Shown here piece by piece: positions 36,401-48,808 of a DNA stretch of 64,000 nt. How positions within the stretch are numbered: the first letter of the stretch is position 1; each line of letters starts with the position of its first letter. The position numbers and the translations under genes are program-made. This stretch comes from Ranitomeya imitator (lineage: Eukaryota), in NCBI RefSeq assembly GCF_032444005.1, contig NC_091286.1, positions 545,724,001 through 545,788,000 on the forward strand, given 5' to 3'. The notes beneath the pieces are model-generated. The model did no database searches and had not been told where the DNA came from. It saw only the letters and a program-made list of their open reading frames with translations.

Positions 36401-39400
36401 CATAATAAATTGGGCTGGCTGTAGGCAATTTAAAATTGGTTCCAGGGGAACCCGGGCAGCAGTAGACAGGTCAGTGGAGGCCTAGTGGAAGGAGGGACCG
36501 CAGACAGGCTTCGAAGCCCTAACATAATAAATTGGGCTAGCTGTAGGCAATTTAAAATTGGTTCCAGGGGAACACGGGCAGCAGTGGCCTGGTCAGTGTA
36601 GTAGTAGTGGAAAAACGGGCCGCAGACAGGCTTCGAAGGCCTAACATAACAAAAATTGGGATGTAGGCAATTTACAATTGGTTCCAGGGGAACACGGGCA
36701 GCAGTAGACAGGTCAGTGGAGGCCTAGTGGAAGGAGGGACCGCAGACAGGCTTCGAAGCCCTAACATAATAAATTGGGCTGGCTGTAGGTAATTTAAAAT
36801 TGGTTCCAGGGGAACCCGGGCAGCAGTAGACAGGTCAGTGGAGGCCTAGTGGAAGGAGGGACCGCAGACAGGCTTCAAAGCCCTAACATAATAAATTGGG
36901 CTGGCTGTAGGCAATTTAAAATTGGTTCCAGGGGAACCCGGGCAGCAGTAGACAGGTCAGTGGAGGCCTAGTAGAAGGAGGGACCGCAGACAGGCTTCGA
37001 AGCCCTAACATAATAAATTGGCCTGGCTGTAGGCAATTTACAATTGGTTCCAGGGGAACACGGGCGGCAGTAGACAGGTCAGTGGAGGCCTAGTGGAAGG
37101 AGGGACCGCAGACAGGCTTCGAAGCCCTAACATAATAAATTGGGCTGGCTGTAGGCAATTTAAAATTGGTTCCAGGGGAACCCGGGCAGCAGTAGACAGG
37201 TCAGTGGAGGCCTAGTGGAAGGAGGGACCGCAGACAGGCTTCGAAGCCCTAACATAATAAATTGGGCTGGCTGTAGGCAATTTAAAATTGGTTCCAGGGG
37301 AACCCGGGCAGCAGTAGACAGGTCAGTGGAGGCCTAGTGGAAGGAGGGACCGCAGACAGGCTTCGAAGCCCTAACATAATAAATTGGGCTGGCTGTAGGC
37401 AATTTAAAATTGGTTCCAGGGGAACCCGGGCAGCAGTAGACAGGTCAGTGGAGGCCTAGTAGAAGGAGGGACCGCAGACAGGCTTCGAAGCCCTAACATA
37501 ATAAATTGGCCTGGCTGTAGGCAATTTACAATTGGTTCCAGGGGAACACGGGCGGCAGTAGACAGGTCAGTGGAGGCCTAGTGGAAGGAGGGACCGCAGA
37601 CAGGCTTCGAAGCCCTAACATAATAAATTGGGCTGGCTGTAGGCAATTTAAAATTGGTTCCAGGGGAACCCGGGCAGCAGTAGACAGGTCAGTGGAGGCC
37701 TAGTGGAAGGAGGGACCGCAGACAGGCTTCGAAGCCCTAACATAATAAATTGGGCTGGCTGTAGGCAATTTAAAATTGGTTCCAGGGGAACCCGGGCAGC
37801 AGTAGACAGGTCAGTGGAGGCCTAGTGGAAGGAGGGACCGCAGACAGGCTTCGAAGCCCTAACATAATAAATTGGCCTGGCTGTAGGCAATTTACAATTG
37901 GTTCCAGGGGAACACGGGCGGCAGTAGACAGGTCAGTGGAGGCCTAGTGGAAGGAGGGACCGCAGACAGGCTTCGAAGCCCTAACATAATAAATTGGGCT
38001 GGCTGTAGGCAATTTAAAATTGGTTCCAGGGGAACCCGGGCAGCAGTAGACAGGTCAGTGGAGGCCTAGTGGAAGGAGGGACCGCAGACAGGCTTCGAAG
38101 CCCTAACATAATAAATTGGGCTGGCTGTAGGCAATTTAAAATTGGTTCCAGGGGAACACGGGCAGCAGTGGCCTGGTCAGTGTAGTAGTAGTGGAAAAAC
38201 GGGCCGCAGACAGGCTTCGAAGGCCTAACATAACAAAAATTGGGATGTAGGCAATTTACAATTGGTTCCAGGGGAACACGGGCAGCAGTAGACAGGTCAG
38301 TGGAGGCCTAGTGGAAGGAGGGACCGCAGACAGGCTTCGAAGCCCTAACATAATAAATTGGGCTGACTGTAGGTAATTTAAAATTGGTTCCAGGGGAACC
38401 CGGGCAGCAGTAGACAGGTCAGTGGAGGCCTAGTGGAAGGAGGGACCGCAGACAGGCTTCAAAGCCCTAACATAATAAATTGGGCTGGCTGTAGGCAATT
38501 TAAAATTGGTTCCAGGGGAACCCGGGCAGCAGTAGACAGGTCAGTGGAGGCCTAGTAGAAGGAGGGACCGCAGACAGGCTTCGAAGCCCTAACATAATAA
38601 ATTGGCCTGGCTGTAGGCAATTTACAATTGGTTCCAGGGGAACACGGGCGGCAGTAGACAGGTCAGTGGAGGCCTAGTGGAAGGAGGGACCGCAGACAGG
38701 CTTCGAAGCCCTAACATAATAAATTGGGCTGGCTGTAGGCAATTTAAAATTGGTTCCAGGGGAACCCGGGCAGCAGTAGACAGGTCAGTGGAGGCCTAGT
38801 GGAAGGAGGGACCGCAGACAGGCTTCGAAGCCCTAACATAATAAATTGGGCTGGCTGTAGGCAATTTAAAATTGGTTCCAGGGGAACCCGGGCAGCAGTA
38901 GACAGGTCAGTGGAGGCCTAGTGGAAGGAGGGACCGCAGACAGGCTTCGAAGCCCTAACATAATAAATTGGGCTGGCTGTAGGCAATTTAAAATTGGTTC
39001 CAGGGGAACCCGGGCAGCAGTAGACAGGTCAGTGGAGGCCTAGTAGAAGGAGGGACCGCAGACAGGCTTCGAAGCCCTAACATAATAAATTGGCCTGGCT
39101 GTAGGCAATTTACAATTGGTTCCAGGGGAACACGGGCGGCAGTAGACAGGTCAGTGGAGGCCTAGTGGAAGGAGGGACCGCAGACAGGCTTCGAAGCCCT
39201 AACATAATAAATTGGGCTGGCTGTAGGCAATTTAAAATTGGTTCCAGGGGAACCAGGGCAGCAGTAGACAGGTCAGTGGAGGCCTAGTGGAAGGAGGGAC
39301 CGCAGACAGGCTTCGAAGCCCTAACATAATAAATTGGGCTGGCTGTAGGCAATTTAAAATTGGTTCCAGGGGAACCCGGGCAGCAGTAGACAGGTCAGTG

Positions 39401-40789
39401 GAGGCCTAGTGGAAGGAGGGACCGCAGACAGGCTTCGAAGCCCTAACATAATAAATTGGCCTGGCTGAAGGCAATTTACAATTGGTTCCAGGGGAACACG
39501 GGCGGCAGTAGACAGGTCAGTGGAGGCCTAGTGGAAGGAGGGACCGCAGACAGGCTTCGAAGCCCTAACATAATAAATTGGGCTGGCTGTAGGCAATTTA
39601 AAATTGGTTCCAGGGGAACCCGGGCAGCAGTAGACAGGTCAGTGGAGGCCTAGTGGAAGGAGGGACCGCAGACAGGCTTCGAAGCCCTAACATAATAAAT
39701 TGGGCTGGCTGTAGGCAATTTAAAATTGGTTCCAGGGGAACACGGGCAGCAGTGGCCTGGTCAGTGTAGTAGTAGTGGAAAAACGGGCCGCAGACAGGCT
39801 TCGAAGGCCTAACATAACAAAAATTGGGATGTAGGCAATTTACAGTTGGTTCCAGGGGAACACGGGCAGCAGTAGACAGGTCAGTGGAGGCCTAGTGGAA
39901 GGAGGGACCGCAGACAGGCTTCGAAGCCCTAACATAATAAATTGGCCTGGCTGTAGGCAATTTACAATTGGTTCCAGGGGAACACGGGCGGCAGTAGACA
40001 GGTCAGTGGAGGCCTAGTGGAAGGAGGGACCGCAGACAGGCTTCGAAGCCCTAACATAATAAATTGGGCTGGCTGTAGGCAATTTAAAATTGGTTCCAGG
40101 GGAACCCGGGCAGCAGTAGACAGGTCAGTGGAGGCCTAGTGGAAGGAGGGTCCGCAAACAGGCTTCGAAGCCCTAACATAATAAATTGGGCTGGCTGTAG
40201 GCAATTTAAAATTGGTTCCAGGGGAACACGGGCGGCAGTAGACAGGTCAGTGGAGGCCTAGTGGAAGGAAGGACCGCAGACAGGCTTCAAAGCCCTAACA
40301 TAATAAATTGGGCTGGCTGTAGGCATTTTAAAATTGGTTCCAGGGGAACCCGGGCAGCAGTAGACAGGTCAGTGGAGGCCTAGTGGAAGGAGGGACCGCA
40401 GACAGGCTTCGAAGCCCTAACATAATAAATTGGGCTGGCTGTAGGCAATTTAAAATTGGCTCCAGGGGAACACGGGCAGCAGTGGCCTGGTCAGTGTAGT
40501 AGTAGTGGAAAAACGGGCCGCAGACAGGCTTCGAAGGCCTAACATAACAAAAATTGGGATGTAGGCAATTTACAATTGGTTCCAGGGGAACCTGGGCAGC
40601 AGTAGACAGGTCAGTGGAGGCCTAGTGGAAGGAGGGACCGCAGACAGGCTTCGAAGCCCTAACATAATAAATTGGGCTGGCTGTAGGCAATTTAAAATTG
40701 GTTCCAGGGGAACCCGGGCAGCAGTAGACAGGTCAGTGGAGGCCTAGTGGAAGGAGTGACCGCAGACAGGCTTCGAAGGCCTAACATAA
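24496..40789. repeat. 122-bp satellite array (~133 monomers) with higher-order repeat structure marked by a 120-bp variant monomer
   Basis: Period 122 (TCGAAG-equivalent positions at 24571, 24693, 24815); 12 variant monomers with spacings of n x 122 + 120. Confidence 0.97.
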
Positions 40790-41251
40790 GAAAAATGTCA
40801 ATACAATGGTATTGACAGTGCCAGGCATTGAAGGATGTCAGCGCATAGACTAAACATTGGTGGAGCTGTGAGAGAAAATTTTGCAAGTGGTAGAGCACTG
40901 TTTGACCTGGGGGGGGGGACTGTCTTGTGGCCGGCGGTACAGGCCCAGGGCCCCTCATATTACAACGGTGTGTCTGACGTTGGGTGCGCACCACCACCGC
41001 CAGACACTTTATTGTACTATGAGGGACCTAGTGGCAGTGCCGTCGACCAAAAGCGGGCACACCCACCTCTTCAGACAAACAGTACTCTCACGGGTGCTGG
41101 CGCCAAGTGGCGATACCACGGCCCCGTGTGGGGACTTTGGCCATCTAGGGAGGTGTTAACATGTCGGATGCTGGACAATCAGGTGCTGCAAATTACAAGA
41201 TTGGAAAAGTCGTTCAGAATAGTCCACAGGCAAGACCTTTACATAGGAAAG

Positions 41252-44200
41252 CTAGGTGTCAGCCGGGCAAGGTGGGGCAAAAGATTTCGAAATCCAGTTG
41301 TGGTTCATTTTAATGAAGGTTAGATCATCTACATTTTGGGTAGCCAGACGAGTCCTTTTTTCTGTTAGTATTGAACCTGCAGCACTGAATACTCTTTCTG
41401 ATAGGACACTAGCTGCCGGGCAAGCAAGCTCCTGCAATGCATATTCTGCCAATTCTGGCCAGGTGTCTAATTTTGATGCCCAGTAATCAAATGGGAATGA
41501 CGGTTGAGGGAGAACGTCGATAAGGGATGAAAAATAGTTAGTAACCATACTGGACAAATGTTGTCTCCTGTCACTTTGAATTGATGCTGCAGTACCTGTC
41601 CTGTCTGCGGTCATAGCAAAATCACTCCACAACCTGGTCAGAAAACCACTCTGGCTAACGACACTTCTGATTTCTGCCCCTCTAACACCTCTGGTCTGCT
41701 GGCCCCTGCAGCTCGTGTTAGAACGATCACGGGCGCTGTGTGCAGGGAATGCCAGAAGCAAACGGTCAACAAGAGTTGATTGTTTGGTTGCTAATATTAG
41801 TTCCAAGTTCTCATGTGGCATTATATTTTGCAATTTGCCTTTATAGCGAGGATCAAGGAGGCAGGCCAACCAGTAATCGTCATCGTTCATCATTTTTGTT
41901 ATGCGTGTGTCCCTTTTGAGGATACGTAAGGCATAATCCGCCATGTGGGCCAAAGTTCCAGTTCTCAAATCTGTGGTTGTGCTTGGTTGAGGGGCAGTTT
42001 CAGGCAAATCCACGTCACTTGTGTCCCTCCAAAAACCAGAACCCGGCCTTGCCGCGCCAACAATTTCCACTGGCCCCGGAAAAGCTTCCTCATTAAAAAT
42101 ATAATCATCCCCATCATCCTCCTCGTCCTCCTCCTCCTCTTCGCCCGCTACCTCGTCCTGTACACTGCCCTGGCCAGACAATGGCTGACTGTCATCAAGG
42201 CTTTCCTCTTCCTCAGCTGCAGACGCCTGATCCTTTATGTGCGTCAAACTTTGCATCAGCAGACGCATTAGGGGGATGCTCATGCTTATTATGGCGTTGT
42301 CTGCACTAACCAGCCGTGTGCATTCCTCAAAACACTGAAGGACTTGACACATGTCTTGAATCTTCGACCACTGCACACCTGACAACTCCATGTCTGCCAT
42401 CCTACTGCCTGCCCGTGTATGTGTATCCTCCCACAAAAACATAACAGCCCGCCTCTGTTCACACAGTCTCTGAAGCATGTGCAGTGTTGAGTTCCACCTT
42501 GTTGCAACGTCTATGATTAGGCGATGCTGGGGAAGGTTCAAAGAACGCTGATAGGTCTGCATACGGCTGGAGTGTACGGGCGAACGGCGGATATGTGAGC
42601 AAAGTCCACGCACTTTGAGGAGCAGGTCGGATAACCCCGGATAACTTTTCAGGAAGCACTGCACCACCAGGTTTAAGGTGTGAGCCAGGCAAGGAATGTG
42701 TTTCAGTTGGGAAATGGAGATGGCAGCCATGAAATTCCTTCCGTTATCACTCACTACCTTGCCTGCCTCAAGATCTACAGTGCCCAGCCACGACTGCGTT
42801 TCTTTCTGCAAGAACTCGGACAGAACTTCAGCGGTGTGTCTGTTGTCGCCCAAACACTTCATAGCCAATACAGCCTGCTGACGTTTGCCAGTAGCTGCCC
42901 CATAATGGGAGACCTGGTGTGCAACAGTGGCAGCTGCGGATGGAGTGGTTGTGCGACTGCGGTCTGTGGACGAGGTCTCGCTTCTGCAGGAGGAGGAGGA
43001 GGAGGGGGTGCGAATGGCTACAGCCAACTGTTTCCTAGACCGTGGGCTAGGCAGAACTGTCCCAAACTTGCTGTCCCCTGTGGACCCTGCATCCACCACA
43101 TTTACCCAGTGTGCCGTGATGGACACGTAACGTCCCTGGCCATGCCTACTGGTCCATGCATCTGTTGTCAGGTGCACCTTTGTGCTCACAGATTGCCTGA
43201 GTGCATGGACGATGCGCTCTTTAACATGCTGGTGGAGGGCTGGGATGGCTTTTCTGGAAAAAAAGTGTCGACTGGGTAGCTCGTAGCGTGGTACAGCGTA
43301 GTCCATCAGGGCTTTGAAAGCTTCGCTTTCAACTAACCGGTAGGGCATCATCTCTAACGAGATTAGTCTAGCTATGTGGGCGTTCAAACCCTGTGTACGC
43401 GGATGCGAGGCTAAGTACTTCCTTTTTCTAACCATAGTCTCATGTAGGGTGAGCTGGACTGGAGAGCTGGAGATCGTGGAACTAGCGGGGGTGCCGGTGG
43501 ACATGGCAGACTGAGAGACGGTGGGAGATGGTATTGTTGCCGCCGGTGCCCTAGATGCAGTGTTTCCTACTACGAAACTGGTGATTCCCTGACCCTGACT
43601 TCTTTGGCCTGGCAAAGAAACCTGCACAGATACTGCAGGTGGTGCAGAAAATGGTGGCCCTACACTGCCGGAAGGGATGTTGCGTTGATGACTAGCTTCA
43701 TTGGCCGAGGGTGCTACAACCTTAAGGGACGTTTGGTAGTTAGTCCAAGCTTGCAAATGCATGGTGGTTAAATGTCTATGCATGCAACTTGTATTGAGAC
43801 TTTTCAGATTCTGCCCTCTGCTTAAGGTAGTTGAACATTTTTTGACAGATGACTTTGCGCTGATCAATTGGATGTTGTTTAAAAAAATGCCAGACTGCAC
43901 TCTTTCTAGCATCGGATACCTTTTCAGGCATTGCAGACTGAGCTTTAACCGGATGGCCACGCTGTCCTCCAACAGGTTTTGACTTTGCCACGCGTTTTGG
44001 GCAAGATACGGGCCCGGCAGATGGAACCTGTTGCGATGTTGATGCCTGCTGCGGCCCCTCCTCCTCCGCTTCAGAACTGCTGCCGCCTGCACCCTGTTCC
44101 CCCAATGGCTGCCAATCGGGGTCAAGAACTGGGTCATCTATTACCTCTTCTTGTAGCTCGTGTGCAACTTCGTCTGTGTCACCTTGTCGGTCGGTGGTAT

Positions 44201-44816
44201 AGCGTTCGTGATGGGGCAACATAGTCTCATCAGGGTCTGATTCTTGATCAGCACCCTGCGAGGGCAATGTTGTGGTCTGAGTCAAAGGACCAGCATAGTA
44301 GTCTGGCTGTGGCTGTGCATCAGTGCACTCCATGTCAGATTCAACTTGTAATGGGCATGGACTGTTAACTGCTTCACTTTCTAAGCCAGGGACGGTATGT
44401 GTAAAGAGCTCCATGGAGTAACCCATTGTGTCGCCTGCTGCATTCTTCTCTGTTGTTGTTTTTGCTGAAGAGGACAAGGAAGCGACTTGTCCCTGACCGT
44501 GAACATCCACTAACGACGCGCTGCTTTTACTTTTACCAGTTTCACGAGAGGAGGCAAAAGAGCTAGAGGCTGAGTCAGCAAGATAAGCCAAAACTTGCTC
44601 TTGCTGCTCCGGCTTTAAAAGCGGTTTTCCTACTCCCAGAAAAGGGAGCGTTCGAGGCCTTGTGTAGCCAGACGACGAACCTGGCTCCACAGCTCCAGAC
44701 TTAGGTGCAATATTTTTTTTCCCACGACCACCTGATGCTCCACCACTACCACTACCCTCATTACCAGCTGACAATGAACGCCCCCGGCCACGACCTCTTC
44801 CACCAGACTTCCTCAT
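41252..44816 (-). pseudogene. BED-finger hAT transposase, ~1187 aa if the single +1 frameshift at 43838-43843 is corrected
   Basis: BED finger split across two ORFs (AVWHFF...VICQK | CSTTLS...MHRHLTTMH); catalytic motifs LTTDAWTS, VSDNGRN, CLAH, TRWNS, LLDPRYK, SERVFS; hAT dimerisation domain. Confidence 0.9.
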
Positions 44817-45019
44817 TGTTTTAAAAACGTTACCAAACTAACGGTATTTGTTGCAGTCACACAACTTACACGGTGAGCTATAACTTCAGTATGATTTAGC
44901 TACCCCTTTACAGGTGGGTGAGACCACAACGAAAATCAGGCACAATGTTACACACTCTGTTGTTGGTGGCAACAAATGAGAGAGATGCCACACACGCAGG
45001 ACTGTCACTGAAGCGCAAA

Positions 45020-46330
45020 TGTAAATATTAATCTCCCACTGATTTGTGTTTTTTTTTTTTAAAAAGGAGACTTTAGAAAAAAAAAAAAAAATGATTTTTT
45101 AAGGAAGAATTTATAAACCAAATAAAATGAAATGATTTTTTCAGGGAGAATTTAGAAAACAAATAAAACATAAAATAGCCTTTCTAGGGCCCAGTGAGTG
45201 AGAGAGGACGCACACAGGAGTCAGGAGTGGCACACAAGCCCAGAGGCCAATATTTATCTCCCACTGATTGATTTAGTGATTTTTTCAGGTAGATTTTGGA
45301 ACCCAAATCAAGCAAAAAAATTAATAGGCTTTCTATGGCCCACAATTGGAGAGAGAGAGATGGCACACCCAGGAGTCAAGACTGGCACACAAGCAGAAAG
45401 GGCAATATTAATCTCCCACTGATTTGTTTTTTTTTTTTTTTTTCAGGGAGACTTTAGAAAAAAAAATACAAAAAAAATGATTTTTTTCAGGAATAATTTA
45501 GAAACCAAATAAAATAAAATGATTTTTTCAGGGAGAATTTAGAAAACAAATAAAACAAAAAATAGGCTTTCTAGGGCCCACTGAGTGAGAGAGGATGCAC
45601 ACAGGAGTCAGGAGTGGCACACAAGCCCAGAGGCCAATATTTATCTCCCACTGATTGATTTAGTGATTTTTTCAGGTAGATTTTGGAACCCAAATCAAGC
45701 AAAAAAATTAATAGGCTTTCTATGGCCCACAATTGGAGAGAGAGAGATGGCACACCCAGGAGTCAAGACTGGCACACAAGCAGAAAGGGCAATATTAATC
45801 TCCCACTGATTTGATTATTTTTTTTTTTTTCAGGGAGACTTTAGAAAAAAAAAATACAAAAAAAATGTTTTTTTTCAGGAATAATTTAGAAACCAAATAA
45901 AATAAAATGATTTTTTCAGGGAGAATTTAGAAAACAAATAAAACAAAAAATAGGCTTTCTAGGGCCCACTGAGTGAGAGAGGACGCACACAGGAGTCAGG
46001 AGTGGCACACAAGCCCAGAGGCCAATATTTATCTCCCACTGATTGATTTATTGATTTTTTCAGGTAGAATTTAGAACCCAAATCAACCAAAAAAATAAAT
46101 AGGCTTTCTATGGCCCACTATCTGAGAGAGAGAGATGGCACGCTTAGGACTGGCACACAAGCCCAAAGGCCAATATTAATCTCCCACTGATTGATTTATT
46201 GATTTTTTCAGGAACCCAAATCAAGCAAAAAAATAAATAGGCTTTCTATGGCCCACTGAGTGAGAGATGACACAGACAGGGATGGCACTCTAGCAGAAAT
46301 GCCAATCTTAATCTCCCACAAAAAAAAAAA
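45020..46330. repeat. 387-bp tandem repeat (~3.4 copies), A/T-tract rich
   Basis: Identical small ORFs at 45198 and 45585; a third unit starts near 45972. Confidence 0.9.
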
Positions 46331-46748
46331 AAAAGGAACTGTCCTTCAATTACTATCTCCCTGCAGTAATCTCAGCCAGGTATGGCAGGCAGCAATAAGG
46401 AGTGGACTGATGCACAAATTAAAAAAGTGTGGACAAACAAACAAGATAGCTGTGCAGAAAGGAAGGAACAAGAGGATTTGTGCTTTGAAAAAAGCAGTTG
46501 GTTTGCACAGCGGCGTACACACAGCAATGCAGCTATCAGGGAGCCTTCTAGGGCAGCCCAATGAGCTACAGTGCTGAGGGGAAAAAAAAAAAATGTAGCT
46601 TCCACTGTCCCTGCACACCGAAGGTGGTGTTGGGCAGTGGAAATCGCTACAGCACAAGCGGTTTGGTGGTTAATGGACCCTGCCTAACGCTATCCCTGCT
46701 TCTGACGAAGCGGCAGCAACCTCTCCCTAGGCTCAGATCAGCAGCAGT

Positions 46749-46896
46749 AACATGGCGGTCGGCGGGAACTCCCCTTTATAGCCCCTGTGACGCCGCAGAC
46801 AGCAAGCCAATCACTGCAATGCCCTTCTCTAAGATGGTGGGGACCAGGACCTATGTCATCACGCTGCCCACACTCTGCGTTTACCTTCATTGGCTG
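46749..46896 (-). promoter_or_regulatory. Candidate hAT transposase promoter
   Basis: Minus-strand TATAAA at 46780-46775, CCAAT boxes near 46807 and 46891, YY1-like AACATGGCGG at 46749-46758; points from the right end toward the ORF. Confidence 0.5.
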
Positions 46897-48085
46897 AGAA
46901 ATGGCGCTTTTCGCGTCATTGAAACGCGACTTTGGCGCGAAAGTCGCGTACCGCATGGCCGACCCCGCACAGGGGTCGGATCGGGTTTCATGAAACCCGA
47001 CTTTGTCAAAAGTCGGCTACTTTTGAAAATGTTCGACCCGTTTCGCTCAACCCTAGTTAGTACAATACAATTGCTTGCTGCCAAATGATTGAGTTATCTT
47101 GTCAGCTCTGCTGCATCTGAATGCATATAGATTATTTCACTCCATTTCCTGATCTATGAGCAATATTGTGTGCACTTAGCTGAATATTTCATCATACAAA
47201 AGTCGCATATTATTTACTACTCAAAGACTTCACTGTGTTTGTACTAAATATCCTCTCCTTTGACACTTAGGGACTAAGCCAATTTTGCCAGTTTTGAGGA
47301 GCAGAATATTTTATTAATTTTTCCTTTTACGAATCATAATTTTCATATTTCTTGCTTCACATTTTCTCCTAAAAGTACACAGACAGCTGTCTGTCCTAAC
47401 ACCAGTAAATATTGCCAGATGGCCATGGGGACTTTCAGTAGACCTTGGGCTTTTTGACTATGATAGGTATAAGCTTCAATCACGTTAAAAAGTTTTGTGT
47501 TAAAACGGAGGTTCCACTCACTTTATCCATCTTTATGCAGTGATAAGGGTTGTGGCATTTGCAGGGTTAACCTGTTGAGGTTCTTCTGATTTGCTCCATT
47601 ACGGTAGGATTGTACATGTGTATTACTTTTAAATGCCAGGCTGCGTTTTCAGGTGCTTAAAGGGGTATTCTTTTGTTATGAAATTGGTATAGTTAGATGA
47701 ACAGCGTCACAATAAGACAGTTTGCAATTGATTTGCTTTTATATCTGCTTTCATTCTCTTGCTTTAAGAGCTTTTATCTTATGTAGCATACAGCTTATTG
47801 AAAAGGAGCTCTGCCACCAAAACCTGGCCAAGGATGCACAGAAGTTACATTCCAGGAGAGGAGTTAACTCCTGAGATACCAGCCACCTCTCTCCAGGCGA
47901 CTAATTTCTATACAGCAGTTAGCTCCTCACCTTCCCCTTGACTGTCAGCTACTAACCTGTTATCAATCTTGAGTAATCACAAACTCCCATCCTGGCCCTC
48001 ACCATCACCAGTTTTCACTTATGCAATTTTTGCTTATTCAAAGGCACTGTTATCTCTAGATGCAAATTCAGAGCAAGCACTGTTA

Positions 48086-48447
48086 GGCTATATTCACACT
48101 TTGCGGATTTTGCTGCGGATCCGCAGCGGATTTGACCGCTGCGGATCCGCAGCAGTTTCCCATGAGTTTACATTTCAATGTAAACCTATGGGAAACAAAA
48201 AACGCTGTGCACATGCTGCAGAAAAATCCGCGCGGAAACGCTGCGGATTACATTCCGCAGCATGTCACTTCTTTTCTGCGGATTTTCACCTGCTCCAATA
48301 GAAAACTGCAGATGAAAATCCGCAGAAGAAAACGCAGTAAAAACCGCGATAAATCCGCAGTAAAAACCGCGATGGGTTTTCACTGCGGATTTTGCAATTC
48401 TGCTGCGGAAAAATCCGCAGTGGAATCTGCAGAGTGTGAACATAGCC
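48086..48447. mobile_element. Harbinger-type MITE
   Basis: TIRs GGCTAT(A/G)TTCACACT; TTA on both sides (48083-48085, 48448-48450). Confidence 0.88.
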
Positions 48448-48808
48448 TTAATGTGTTTCAGCAGTTTGATGAAGCTATTGCACCAGAACTGGCACTCACA
48501 GAGGAGTACTCCCCAGTAATAAGGAAGTAAGGAGACTGGAGACCAGTGTGCTGCTCAAGGCACAACTTGAAAATAAGCCTTTAAAGAGGTTATACCCGTT
48601 CAGAAAAACCCAACACACATCCTTGGGTGCTGTTGATGTGACATCAGCATGGCAGCCAATTCCAGACACTGGAAGCAGCAGCAGAGACTCGGCGCTTGAC
48701 TTGGGAAGGTTTAAGGGAAGGTTTAAGCCCAGTTTTTTTTTATAACAGTCATCGCCTGGGAGCCAACATTTTCTGCTTTCTACACATTTAATTAGAAAAG
48801 GAACGTAC

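Larger units (their letters stand above)
22008..47055 (-). mobile_element. Giant (25,048 bp) hAT DNA transposon with satellite cargo
   Basis: Perfect 8-bp TSD GTTAGTAC (22000-22007 and 47056-47063); TIRs TAGAGTTGAGCGA / TAGGGTTGAGCGA; matching subterminal palindromes; internal hAT transposase. Confidence 0.92.

Noticed and set aside
24496-40789. CRISPR-like or guide-RNA array
   Set aside because: Monomers are near-identical over their full length with no unique spacers, and no Cas/Fanzor-like gene is adjacent; it is a satellite.
43838-43843. Programmed -1 ribosomal frameshift in the hAT transposase
   Set aside because: A +1 shift is needed and the codon phase does not give an X XXY YYZ heptamer; an indel is simpler.
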